Below, in pieces: positions 16,213-25,357 of a DNA stretch of 28,815 nucleotides; the first letter of the stretch is position 1; every line of letters begins with the position of its first letter. The stretch covers positions 176,262 to 205,076 of the IMG/VR virus record IMGVR_UViG_3300033068_001142. One strand, given 5' to 3'. The DNA comes from a virus (lineage: Duplodnaviria; Heunggongvirae; Uroviricota; Caudoviricetes). The notes beneath the pieces were generated by a model. It saw only the letters and a list, made by a program, of their open reading frames with translations, was not told where the DNA came from and ran no database searches. The position numbers were made by a program, and so were the translations under genes.

Positions 16213-16638
16213 TTAATTCCTTTTGATTAATGGTACGTTCCATTCCATGTATTGTTTTAGAGTTTGAGGATAACCTAAAGTATCATGTTGGAATTGATGA
16301 CATGGTCTACAGACGCTAATTAATGATGATAATGGTTCATTGCCAAGTTTGTTGTAGTCACGTAGATGATGTACTTCCAATGGAATACCTGTTACTCCAC
16401 AGCATTGACAAGTATGATTGTCTCGTTTTAATACTGCTTTACGTTTTCCTTGCCAGACATTAGATTGAAGATAACCTTTCTTATTTGATAAGAATATAAA
16501 TAAGTTAGTTTCATCATCTAATGGTTTATCCTTGTATCTAGTTCGTTTTGTGTGTGACCTAGTTGAGGATTTCTTAGGTTTATTATCTAAATAAATTAGA
16601 ATACTTATAACTATGATTATAAATATAAAGAATGACAT
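16213..16638 (-). CDS. HNH endonuclease with N-terminal TM anchor
   Basis: W...R..VLKRDNHTCQCCG...LEVHH...L...CRPCH...H. Confidence 0.85.
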   Translation of the reverse strand: MSFFIFIIIVISILIYLDNKPKKSSTRSHTKRTRYKDKPLDDETNLFIFLSNKKGYLQSNVWQGKRKAVLKRDNHTCQCCGVTGIPLEVHHLRDYNKLGNEPLSSLISVCRPCHQFQHDTLGYPQTLKQYMEWNVPLIKRN

Positions 16639-16639
16639 A

Positions 16640-16825
16640 TTAAGCCCTTATTGAAAAATGTTGTGAAATACTAATTGTAGCTTTATACATATCTGTATTT
16701 TGAGTAGGAGTATTCCGTTTGATTTTACGTTCAGCTACTTCTAGTTTAAGTTTAGTTAGAGCTAATTCTTCTCGTAAACGTTTTGTTTCTTCTTGTTCGA
16801 TTTGAAATAGGAGTTTGTAGTTCAT
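16640..16825 (-). CDS. Hypothetical coiled-coil protein
   Basis: ORF, ATGA overlap. Confidence 0.65.
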   Translation of the reverse strand: MNYKLLFQIEQEETKRLREELALTKLKLEVAERKIKRNTPTQNTDMYKATISISQHFSIRA

Positions 16826-17082
16826 TTTTTATCTCTTCCCTGTAAAAACCAAGTGTTTAATCTTTTCCAATTAGTAGAGAATTCTAAATAATATGGGATT
16901 ATTGTAACTAAGCAAGCCATAAGTACAGTTACATTTAAGAATGGTAAACAAGACATAGCTAAAGCTTGTCCTAGAGTTGTAGGAGAGTCTATCTTATACC
17001 TATTTATAATAAATAAAAATACGAAAGTTAGTATCATAGGAACTATATAGAAAGCTATAGCAAGGTATATTGCTGGGTTCAT
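16822..17082 (-). CDS. Hypothetical membrane protein
   Basis: Two TM segments. Confidence 0.68.
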   Translation of the reverse strand: MNPAIYLAIAFYIVPMILTFVFLFIINRYKIDSPTTLGQALAMSCLPFLNVTVLMACLVTIIPYYLEFSTNWKRLNTWFLQGRDKK

Positions 17083-17083
17083 G

Positions 17084-17353
17084 TTAATCCTTAGTTTTAA
17101 GTAATTGTGGGAATTTAAGAATCATTCGGTCTGCAGATTCTTTATGTAAGTCTTTTAGTTGTAAATATGTACAACAGTTTCTTACTTTTCCTGAGTGTTT
17201 TATTTTAACTGCATGAAATCCAGATGATATGAACTCACCATGTAATGAACATCTATTTTCATATAATCTAATGAATTTATAACAAAAACCATCTATTGCA
17301 TAGACATATAAATCTTTTTCCATATTTATTCTTTCGTAATTATTATAGAACAA
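17084..17353 (-). CDS. Hypothetical protein
   Basis: ORF in operon (start may be the second Met). Confidence 0.6.
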   Translation of the reverse strand: MFYNNYERINMEKDLYVYAIDGFCYKFIRLYENRCSLHGEFISSGFHAVKIKHSGKVRNCCTYLQLKDLHKESADRMILKFPQLLKTKD

Positions 17354-17535
17354 TCTTTAGTTTGTTCTTGAATTGATTTTAATAAAATTATAGAAGATTC
17401 TAATCCTCTTATAGCATATTGATAAGCTTGTTTAAATTCTTTAGCAGATAAAGCTTGACTTCTAAGTCGTTCTAGTCGTTCTATAGATTCCTGACTTACT
17501 AGTGCCATAATTATTCCTTTAATTAAGATTGTCAT
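17326..17535 (-). CDS. Hypothetical protein
   Basis: ORF; RBS favours the MALVSQ start. Confidence 0.6.
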   Translation of the reverse strand: MTILIKGIIMALVSQESIERLERLRSQALSAKEFKQAYQYAIRGLESSIILLKSIQEQTKDCSIIITKE

Positions 17536-17598
17536 TGTTCCTATTGTGGAACTATCCAGTAGAACAAGAAAAAAAAGAAAAAAGAAGTTAGGGAAGGT

Positions 17599-17886
17599 TT
17601 ACACCCTACCTAATACTTTTATGCTTCTAATGTTTCCAAGAGTTTGAGCTTCCTCAACCCCTCTCCTTAGATAGTTCACTGTGTCTGCTTCAAATTGGAT
17701 TGCAAACTTATGGCCTGGTCTCATACAGTTAAGCTTCTTTTGAATATGAGAATTTACTTTAACGTAACAGTGGTCTCTGAATTGAATACCATCTTCATTA
17801 ATTATTTTTTCTAATAATATTTTTTTATCCCCTGTTTTTACGTCTCTGAACTTGTCTGTCACTAGTCTTGCTATATATGTTGCCAT
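17599..17886 (-). CDS. Hypothetical protein
   Basis: AAGGA RBS; followed by U-rich tract. Confidence 0.72.
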   Translation of the reverse strand: MATYIARLVTDKFRDVKTGDKKILLEKIINEDGIQFRDHCYVKVNSHIQKKLNCMRPGHKFAIQFEADTVNYLRRGVEEAQTLGNIRSIKVLGRV

Positions 17887-18247
17887 TGTTATTTCCTTAT
17901 TTAATTTATTAGAACGATGTTCTTTTTGTTTTTATTGTTGGTTTACTAAATTTATAGTAAGAAGGTGAAGAAAAAATTCTACCAGAACAGTTTTCTGATA
18001 AGAAAGATGATTTAACACCTAATGCTTGTGCTTGTTGTTTAGTTAATGTTTTAACTTTCATAAGTAGTCCTTGTGTAAATTTCTAATTTTTTTAGTATAA
18101 GAGTAAATTCCTACTATAATAAAAAAAGATAAAAAGTATAGAGGAAAGAAAAATTGTGCTCCTACTATTAATATAATAATGAATAAAGCATAAATAGTTA
18201 GTTTTGTTGAAGGGTGCATTTATTATCCTTTTAAGTTTCTATCTTTT

Positions 18248-18290
18248 TGCAAAAAAAAAATAAATAACCAAAGTATTGCTACTTTGATTA
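18248..18290 (-). terminator. Intrinsic terminator after the RNA polymerase gene
   Basis: CAAAGTA-GCAA-TACTTTG followed by a long U tract. Confidence 0.7.
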
Positions 18291-18295
18291 CTTAA

Positions 18296-20185
18296 TCATT
18301 TTAGAACCATTGGGTTACATTTGAATTCACCTTTAAATGGTACAACTGTTTTCTCTACATCATTCCATTTCTCTAATGCTGATTTTGGAATACCGATTGA
18401 TTTGAAGTAGTTTGCTAGAATTACTTTTCTATCTTTGTGAATATATTCTAGTTCTGATGCATATACATTTCTAGCGAAGTCTGCTGATTCTGCATCTAAG
18501 ATGAGTGCATCATGAATATCTAATGCCCATTTGTATAATGTTACAACTGCATCAGCTGTTATATTGATTACTTGAGAATCTAGGTTATGAATCAGTCCTG
18601 TAACCATAAATCTTCTAAATTGATCTAGGTCTGCTTCCTTTCTAGTTTCTGTATGATAGATTCTTTCTGATTGATTAGTTGATGTATTGAATAGGTCATA
18701 GGCTATTGTTTTCTCACCTACCATTCTGTATCTATTACACTCAACATCTATCATTTCATCTTTGATATGGAGTTTCATTTGTTCTGTTGGATTGCAGTTA
18801 TTGATTATGAATTTACTGAATCTGTCACCTACTGCTATTTCTCCATGAGCTAATGCATCATTATAGGCTTTAATATCTTCTGGAGTATATGTGATTCCTT
18901 CATCTTCCCACATCTCTGTACATGTAGCTGATGAACCATAGATAGTCCTCATGATTACTTTAGCTTGGTTTCTTTTAGGTATACCTTTTATTTCCCATGC
19001 ATCTGTTAGGTCATTTGATAACATATTGCATCTTTCCATGAATGGGTGATGGTTAGTTAATAGACCAACATACCCTAATACTGATGCTGACATATCTATC
19101 TCAATTGGAACATACCATTTGAAGTCTGCTTTTGGGTTATTTAATGCGAATCTATTTATTGTTCCTTCAGCTCTTTTTTCTGTTACTTGGAAGTAGCAAT
19201 CTATCTCATCATAAGTTCTAGCTAACCAGATATTTTCATAGAACTCTTTTCTATGTTTATCAGTATCTGTAACTGGTAGTACATAGTTTATATAACATTT
19301 TCTACCAAAGTTTACTTTCTCTTCCACTGTACCTTTCTTAAACCCATTTAATTCTGCAATGAATAACCATTTATTTCTTAGTCCAGTTTTTGTTGCTAGT
19401 TGTCTTTTATCTTCTGGGATAATTAGGCAAGCTCTTGCTACTTTGAATCCTATTGGGTTAAATACTTTATCTAACATACCAGATATATTTCTACCTCTTG
19501 AATCTGAATGGAATTGACCTGATGAGTATATACCTTCATGTAGAATGATTGAATCTACAATAGATTTAGATACTTCATCATATGATGCTGTGTCTCTTCT
19601 CATTTCTGGAAAGAAATCTCTAACTTTAGACATACCTTTATTTACTTCTGCTACTATAATATCATAATAATCTTTGATTGCTTGAGTATCAAATTGGAAT
19701 TGTACATTGCCAGTTTTATAGAAGCCTCTTCTAGTGATACCTGTATATCTTACTTTACCATTTAACCTAGTTGTTGCATCTTTAATTGGTAAATCTTGTT
19801 TTAACATATATTTGTTATATTTGTAATATGCTCTAACTTGTTCTAACTTTTTCATTGGAACATATTCTAATAGTTTATCTTCATTTAGTTGAGCTTCTGA
19901 CCAGTTTCTTGATGGGATTGTAGTACAAACTAACCAACCATCATTGCTTAATCTTCTTAATATTCTATGCATTGCTTTTGGATTATTCATCATCTTAGCA
20001 TAGTACGGTAATGATATAGTACCTTTGTTTAGCAGGTAGTTGTACCATGCTGCTTCAAACATTTTTCTTGCTACTTCTGTCACATCTTTATTATACGTTT
20101 TAGTAATTAACTCTTTATAGAATGATGGTAAAGTTAATTGTCCATATTCTAACATATTTGCTATTTCAGTTTCTATCGTTTTCAT
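18296..20185 (-). CDS. Single-subunit (T7/N4 RNAPII superfamily) DNA-dependent RNA polymerase
   Basis: DSRGR (DxxGR), IEIDMSASVLG (motif A), RNQAKVIMRTIYGS (motif B), LIHNLDS, IHDA (motif C) in canonical order. Confidence 0.85.
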   Translation of the reverse strand: MKTIETEIANMLEYGQLTLPSFYKELITKTYNKDVTEVARKMFEAAWYNYLLNKGTISLPYYAKMMNNPKAMHRILRRLSNDGWLVCTTIPSRNWSEAQLNEDKLLEYVPMKKLEQVRAYYKYNKYMLKQDLPIKDATTRLNGKVRYTGITRRGFYKTGNVQFQFDTQAIKDYYDIIVAEVNKGMSKVRDFFPEMRRDTASYDEVSKSIVDSIILHEGIYSSGQFHSDSRGRNISGMLDKVFNPIGFKVARACLIIPEDKRQLATKTGLRNKWLFIAELNGFKKGTVEEKVNFGRKCYINYVLPVTDTDKHRKEFYENIWLARTYDEIDCYFQVTEKRAEGTINRFALNNPKADFKWYVPIEIDMSASVLGYVGLLTNHHPFMERCNMLSNDLTDAWEIKGIPKRNQAKVIMRTIYGSSATCTEMWEDEGITYTPEDIKAYNDALAHGEIAVGDRFSKFIINNCNPTEQMKLHIKDEMIDVECNRYRMVGEKTIAYDLFNTSTNQSERIYHTETRKEADLDQFRRFMVTGLIHNLDSQVINITADAVVTLYKWALDIHDALILDAESADFARNVYASELEYIHKDRKVILANYFKSIGIPKSALEKWNDVEKTVVPFKGEFKCNPMVLK

Positions 20186-20216
20186 TTTATTCCTTAATAT
20201 AATTTAGTTTGGTTAG

Positions 20217-20234
20217 ATAGCCCGAAGGCTATCT
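20217..20234 (-). other. UUCG-tetraloop hairpin upstream of the RNAP gene
   Basis: GATAGCC-TTCG-GGCTATC without U tract. Confidence 0.5.
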
Positions 20235-20237
20235 GTC

Positions 20238-20897
20238 TTATAATGTATAATCAGATGAGTCGTCTGCATCTACAGCTTGATTTCTCAAGTGAGTTGCTTC
20301 TTTTAGTTTTGCTTTTAATGATTCTCTAGTTATATAGTTAGCTATGCTAGCTACTGTAAATTTAGATGTATCTAATAATGGTATCTTCAATTCTTTTGCG
20401 TATTCTTTCAATAGAATTATAGCTAACTCATAATTAGTTGGTTGAACTTCAGATATTGTGAATGTTCTTGTTGACCATCTTTGAGGTGTGCCTACTGCTG
20501 TCATTAATGCTGAAGCTAATGTTAATGATGTAGTATATGATTCACATAATAGTTTATGTTCATCAACGTATGCTGATGATGCTGCGTTTGCAATACCTAG
20601 TAGCATTGATACTTCTTCTCCACATTCTGGAGCTATTGGGTAACACATAATTGTTGCTTCTTCACCAGTATTACCTAATTTTTGTTTAGGAATATTGTTT
20701 AATAAGTCTGCTATAGCTTGTAATGATTTCTTATTTCTATCTGCAATTGATAGTTTAGTCATCTCTGTGATATAGAAGTCATTATTTAATAATGCATCTT
20801 GTGCTGATTCTTCTGCTAGTGCTCTCTCTGCTATTTTAGCATTGATTTTCTCTTGTAAAATCTCTTGTCTAGTTTTTACTTTTACTGTCTCTTCCAT
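20238..20897 (-). CDS. Hypothetical early protein
   Basis: 219-aa ORF with AAAGGA RBS. Confidence 0.8.
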   Translation of the reverse strand: MEETVKVKTRQEILQEKINAKIAERALAEESAQDALLNNDFYITEMTKLSIADRNKKSLQAIADLLNNIPKQKLGNTGEEATIMCYPIAPECGEEVSMLLGIANAASSAYVDEHKLLCESYTTSLTLASALMTAVGTPQRWSTRTFTISEVQPTNYELAIILLKEYAKELKIPLLDTSKFTVASIANYITRESLKAKLKEATHLRNQAVDADDSSDYTL

Positions 20898-21091
20898 TGT
20901 TTGTCCTTTTGTTTGTTAATTATGGTATAAATACCTTTGAAGACAGACTGTGCTGTCCTCTCGTTATTTATATTTGTTATCAATTGTACGTTAATTGTTG
21001 TACATTAATGAGGTCGTTGATGAGCTGTATCAGGTCTTTCTTTCGAGCTTTCTATCTTAGTCTGAAAATTGAAGAATAGAGAGTGAATCTC

Positions 21092-21232
21092 TTACTCTTC
21101 TTCTGTATCTATTTCATCTACAATTTCTAATTCTCCAGATCTGAATTCTGGAAAATATTGTTCTACTTGCCCTTTACTCATATACTCTTGAGCTCCTGAT
21201 TTATGGTTATGTACTACATAAATTGTTGCCAT
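21092..21232 (-). CDS. Hypothetical 46-aa acidic protein
   Basis: AGGAG RBS; MATIYVVHNHK...DTEEE*. Confidence 0.6.
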   Translation of the reverse strand: MATIYVVHNHKSGAQEYMSKGQVEQYFPEFRSGELEIVDEIDTEEE

Positions 21233-21262
21233 TGTTTCTCCTATTTAAGATTGAAGCCTAGA

Positions 21263-21520
21263 TTATATATCTAAGCTTGCTAATAGTTTACTCTTTTCTT
21301 GAGCTGCCGTTACTTGTTCTGTAGTGATATCAATTTTATTTAATCTTTTGATTCTCTCAATCTTTCTCTCACTTGCTAATACATCTACTTCTTTAGATGC
21401 AATCTCAGATACTTTTACAATGTTGTCTGCTAATACCTCAACTGGTCTAAATAATCCATAGTATGCCATTACCATAACTATAATTATAATACTTCCTAAT
21501 CCTAATCCTGCTGCTTCCAT
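21263..21520 (-). CDS. Hypothetical TM-anchored early protein
   Basis: N-terminal TM; AAAGGA RBS. Confidence 0.75.
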   Translation of the reverse strand: MEAAGLGLGSIIIIVMVMAYYGLFRPVEVLADNIVKVSEIASKEVDVLASERKIERIKRLNKIDITTEQVTAAQEKSKLLASLDI

Positions 21521-21532
21521 TTTGTTTTCCTT

Positions 21533-21733
21533 TTAATAATTTGATTGGTCTTCTGGACCATATGGGTTTAGGATTTGTTCTGTTGAACAATCCCAACTGT
21601 ACTCATAGACTTCTGATTCATCATTAGTCTCCATTAGAGTTCTGATATTATTTTCTATACCTAGGTTTACAGAGGTTTTATCCTCTATATTTAGGTGAGT
21701 GAAATCTCTAGCACTGCTCATCAAATAGCTCAA
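21533..21733 (-). CDS. Hypothetical protein
   Basis: ORF in early operon. Confidence 0.55.
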   Translation of the reverse strand: MSYLMSSARDFTHLNIEDKTSVNLGIENNIRTLMETNDESEVYEYSWDCSTEQILNPYGPEDQSNY

Positions 21734-21887
21734 TTTCTATATCTCTGCATCTGTCATTAATAACTGTAGCTAGATATTCGTAATTTTGGTTATCTGGGTC
21801 ATTTAATAAAGCCATACCTACCTCTCTTAGAGATGATAGATTATCTAGTATTAAGTTCAGTTGAATATCAGTTAATTCTTTTGGCAT
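21708..21887 (-). CDS. Hypothetical 59-aa protein
   Basis: TAAGGA RBS; MPKELTDIQL...DEQC*. Confidence 0.6.
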   Translation of the reverse strand: MPKELTDIQLNLILDNLSSLREVGMALLNDPDNQNYEYLATVINDRCRDIEIELFDEQC

Positions 21888-22064
21888 ATTTAATCCTTAA
21901 TGTAATTTAGATTATATATCTATAGAAAATAGATAAATAAATCAAAACAATGAACAATTTCTTGACGAGGTAACGAGGAAAGAATAAGAGAGAAACGAAC
22001 GACGTGTAGGAGTGTGAAGAGTGAGTTTCTATCTCGAAGAGTGTAGAAAAAAAGAAATAGAGTA

Positions 22065-22358
22065 CTAAAAGTACTCTTTTCTTATTACTTCTGCTGCAAG
22101 CGCATCTGCCAGCTTAGGAGAAGCGGCTGATATAGCACCCATCAGGTACCTTACATAAACGGAGTATCCGGCTTTTGTAAGTTCACCATCAACGTAAGCT
22201 GAGATTTGCTTTTTAAGAGCATCAAATTGCTCTTTACTCACAACATCATCAGTGCTGTGATTTTCAATTAGCCATTCAGCTAATGCTTTGTATTGTCCTA
22301 TAGGTAATCTTGGTGCAGCTTTAGCTGTAACAGTTTTATTTAAATTTAATTTAATCAT
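22065..22358 (-). CDS. First leftward (early) gene, hypothetical
   Basis: AAAGGA RBS; 97 aa. Confidence 0.75.
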   Translation of the reverse strand: MIKLNLNKTVTAKAAPRLPIGQYKALAEWLIENHSTDDVVSKEQFDALKKQISAYVDGELTKAGYSVYVRYLMGAISAASPKLADALAAEVIRKEYF

Positions 22359-22566
22359 TTTCTATCCTTTTAATTTTGATTTATCAAAACATTGAACAAA
22401 AAAGGATGCTTGCGAAGTAAAGCACCGGGGGGTATCCTTTTGGTTTTTAGCGCAGCCAGCAGATAAAGCACCCCTACAAAATTTTATAAAAATCCGTATA
22501 GCCTTAAGCAAACTGTAAGTTTATCAGAACTTCTGACCTCTAAAGAAATATAAGTATAGGACCATC

Positions 22567-22582
22567 TGTCCTTATAAGGACA
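22567..22582. promoter_or_regulatory. Perfect 16-bp palindrome, candidate operator
   Basis: TGTCCTTATAAGGACA; extra half-site TGTCCTTATA at 22600. Confidence 0.5.
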
Positions 22583-22624
22583 AGTCAAAAAAATGGATGT
22601 GTCCTTATACGTACAAATCTTACC

Positions 22625-22658
22625 GTTAAGCTACTTCTAAGCAGTATGCTGGTATACT
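22625..22658 (+). promoter_or_regulatory. Putative sigma70 promoter with extended -10
   Basis: TTAAG...CTAAG periodic motif then TGGTATACT upstream of RBS. Confidence 0.5.
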
Positions 22659-22686
22659 TATGTATATTAAATCATAAGGAGTTCCA

Positions 22687-22830
22687 ATGGAACAAGTTAC
22701 AACAATTAAAGTTAGAAAGACTACAACAGAATTATTGAAAGCAATTTCAGAGCAAAGAGGTAGAAGGGAATCAATGGAACAAGTGATACTTGAATTAGTT
22801 GAAAGGTACGTAAGAAATGAAAGTAAGTAG
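22687..22830 (+). CDS. Putative ribbon-helix-helix DNA-binding protein (47 aa)
   Basis: MEQVTTIKVRKTTTELLKAISEQRGRRESMEQVILELVE: beta-helix-helix pattern; TAAGGAG RBS. Confidence 0.65.
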   Translation: MEQVTTIKVRKTTTELLKAISEQRGRRESMEQVILELVERYVRNESK

Positions 22831-23557
22831 TGCTTATACAGTAGATCCTGCTACGGTAATATTTGATGATAAGTATGTAGTATTTAATCCACTACACAAT
22901 GAGCTGGAGTATGAAGCTACTAAAGAGAATATAAAGAGATTAGGACAATTAGATCCTGTACTTATGCTTGATGGTAGGTGTGTTGATGGTAGGCATAGAA
23001 CTAGAGTTGCAATCGAATTAGGCGTACAACTTAGGTGTGTTGATATAGATAATACTACTTCCGAACAGGATATTATTGTTATGTGTAATAAGAATGTTAT
23101 GAGTGGTAGAGATTACGATAGTGCTCAAAAAGCAATCCAAGCCTTAGAACTTGTAACAAAGTATAAAATGTCAACAATAGATGCAGCTAAGTTTATGAAA
23201 GTTGATAGAAAAGCAGTTAGTTATGCGGCAACTATCAAAGGATATGGGAGACAAGATATCTTAGATATACTTATGGAAGACAAGAAAAGTAGAGTTCAGT
23301 TAGATAATATGGAGAGACCATCTAGATCATTAGAGCTGTTAGCTAAGTTTGTTAAAGTATTAGATGAAAAAGATAAGATAGTAATTAATGACTCAGAGAG
23401 GATACAATGGAATCCTGATGCTGTTATTAAGACTGAGAGAGGAAAAGCTTGGTATTATGAGAATATGGAAGCAATAAGAATGTTAGGTGAAACTCATATT
23501 AGTATGCTTCTCTCAGAGATGGCAAACTTAAAGTTTCAATTATTAGAGGAAGCTTAA
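22817..23557 (+). CDS. ParB N-terminal-like domain protein
   Basis: GQLDPV...VDGRHR...N..SGRD, followed by HTH-like helices. Confidence 0.78.
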   Translation: MKVSSAYTVDPATVIFDDKYVVFNPLHNELEYEATKENIKRLGQLDPVLMLDGRCVDGRHRTRVAIELGVQLRCVDIDNTTSEQDIIVMCNKNVMSGRDYDSAQKAIQALELVTKYKMSTIDAAKFMKVDRKAVSYAATIKGYGRQDILDILMEDKKSRVQLDNMERPSRSLELLAKFVKVLDEKDKIVINDSERIQWNPDAVIKTERGKAWYYENMEAIRMLGETHISMLLSEMANLKFQLLEEA

Positions 23558-23628
23558 GTAGTAACGTACATTAGTTAAGTTGTTATAAAGAGTTAGTTAG
23601 ATATAATAAAAATAAAAAGGTTAATAAG

Positions 23629-23832
23629 ATGTTTAATATAGGTATAGATATAGGAGTTCCAGGAGAGCTTGTTTCTAGTAATGAGTCTAATATGGGAAAG
23701 TACATTAGGTACACTATTGATAATTATTGTGATATAAGTAAAGAGTATGAATTGAGTAACTCAATAAGTGTAATTTACTTAGATAAATATATAGTTGAAA
23801 GTAGATGTAAAATCAAGGAAGAATTACTATAA
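23629..23832 (+). CDS. Hypothetical protein
   Basis: ORF coupled to the next gene. Confidence 0.55.
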   Translation: MFNIGIDIGVPGELVSSNESNMGKYIRYTIDNYCDISKEYELSNSISVIYLDKYIVESRCKIKEELL

Positions 23833-24198
23833 TGGGAGCATGGTTTAAAGTTAAGAAAGACTTTGACAATGTAGATAGATTATACATTCTAGAGATTATG
23901 ATTGGTGATACCTTAGTTTATAAAGTAGGTAAAGCTAGTGGTCATAGTTGCAAACAAAGAATGTTACAAATAATTGGTAGTTATTTTGATGTATATCGAG
24001 TAACTCCTATTGTTAAAATTGTTAAAGATAAAGAAGTAAGTAATGTGTTTGAGAAGGAAACTAAGTGCCATAAAGCATTAGCTGAGTGGAAGTATGTTCC
24101 CGATAAGGCTTTCTCCAGGATCAACTGAGGTATTCAAAGTAGATAAAGAGAAAGTACTTGAGGTTTATAATGATGTTCTTCAAAGTACAGAAGAGTAG
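23832..24198 (+). pseudogene. T5orf172/MUG113-like GIY-YIG domain gene with a +1 frameshift near 24117
   Basis: LYIL...YKVGKA...R...E..CHKAL...FS, then GSTEVF...* continues in the +1 frame. Confidence 0.62.
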
Positions 24199-24364
24199 TG
24201 TAGAAGAGGAAACAGATCTTGAAATCCAACTAGAAGAGTTAGATTTTGAGTACTGTTTACCTAGATGGTTTTGGACTAAATTTGAATGGTCTAAATATAT
24301 GTTAAAAAGAAATAGAATATTGAAAGATATTGAGAGGAGAGATAATGAATGTTGTGATAGATAA
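24158..24364 (+). CDS. Hypothetical protein (start uncertain)
   Basis: ORF in operon. Confidence 0.5.
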   Translation: MRFIMMFFKVQKSSVEEETDLEIQLEELDFEYCLPRWFWTKFEWSKYMLKRNRILKDIERRDNECCDR

Positions 24365-24614
24365 TAGACTTCAGGAAGATGAAGGATGTTTAGAATTATT
24401 AGGTGTAATGGGACTAGAAGTTCCTAGTATCCATGTAATTTATATAGACTGTAGATTAGATGATTTAGATTATGAGTTAGATGAATTAATTGCTAGAGTG
24501 TATGCTAAGTGTGTAGATAGGAAAGCTGATTTGTTTATAGGGCTAGATGGTATTGCTAGTAAGATGAGAGAACTAAAGATTAATGCTATTAGTTTAAATG
24601 TAGGAGAAATTTAG
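24330..24614 (+). CDS. Hypothetical protein (likely start MNVVID)
   Basis: GAGGAG RBS. Confidence 0.6.
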   Translation: MRGEIMNVVIDNRLQEDEGCLELLGVMGLEVPSIHVIYIDCRLDDLDYELDELIARVYAKCVDRKADLFIGLDGIASKMRELKINAISLNVGEI

Positions 24615-25357
24615 TGGCTAGAATTGGAATAGTAAGTAAACCAGCAGACTCAGTAACTGTAGAGGAGTTGAAGAAGTTATTTCCTAGGAAGAAGGAAGCT
24701 ATCACTGAGGAATTAGTTGATATAATTAATGAAGCAAATAATAGCCCATTCTTTGATGGGAATGAATTTATGGATGCTTTAGTTACATATAAAGATGTAA
24801 TGGAACAGAATAAAGCTAACTTAAAAGATTATATGTGTGCAATTAAGTTCTGTGCATACCTTGAATCGGAGGATTATAATCTAACAGAAGCATATAAGAA
24901 ATCACATTCTCACACTGAGTTTGTTAGAGAAAGATTAGATGCTCCATCAAATTCTGTTAAGTATAAAGAGTTAACATCAGCAGCTAGTAGGTATAGAAAG
25001 AGACCATTAGTTAAACAGATATTGACACAGTCACAGTTAGGTTTGTATTTAATGTTTCAAGGTGAGACATATAGGGCGATAAATGTATTGAGTGATATTA
25101 TGGTTAATGGAAGGTCAGAGATGGCTAGAGTTGCTGCAGCTAAAGAGATATTAGCGAATGTTAAACCACCAGAGGAACATAAGTTGTCCATTGATATTGG
25201 TCTGAAACAGGATGATGCTATGGTGCAATTGAATGCTCAATTAGCTGAGTTTGCTATGGGAAGTATACAACAACTAAAAGATGGTACGATAGATTTAAAA
25301 AGATTAGGTGCCATGAAAGTAAAAGAAGAAGATATTATAGATGGAGAGGTTGAGTAA
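24614..25357 (+). CDS. N4 gp69-like protein (putative terminase small subunit)
   Basis: Directly upstream of TerL; Y..A.KF...AY...Y....LV..I..Q...AIN.L...M....SE..R..AA..IL...K.PE pattern recalled from N4-like phages. Confidence 0.65.
   Translation: MARIGIVSKPADSVTVEELKKLFPRKKEAITEELVDIINEANNSPFFDGNEFMDALVTYKDVMEQNKANLKDYMCAIKFCAYLESEDYNLTEAYKKSHSHTEFVRERLDAPSNSVKYKELTSAASRYRKRPLVKQILTQSQLGLYLMFQGETYRAINVLSDIMVNGRSEMARVAAAKEILANVKPPEEHKLSIDIGLKQDDAMVQLNAQLAEFAMGSIQQLKDGTIDLKRLGAMKVKEEDIIDGEVE

Noticed and set aside
2667-21079. Short antisense or nested ORFs (2667, 5733, 6502, 9186, 9585, 10120, 13315, 14858, 15092, 20897)
   Set aside because: Shadows of longer well-supported genes or lacking RBS support.
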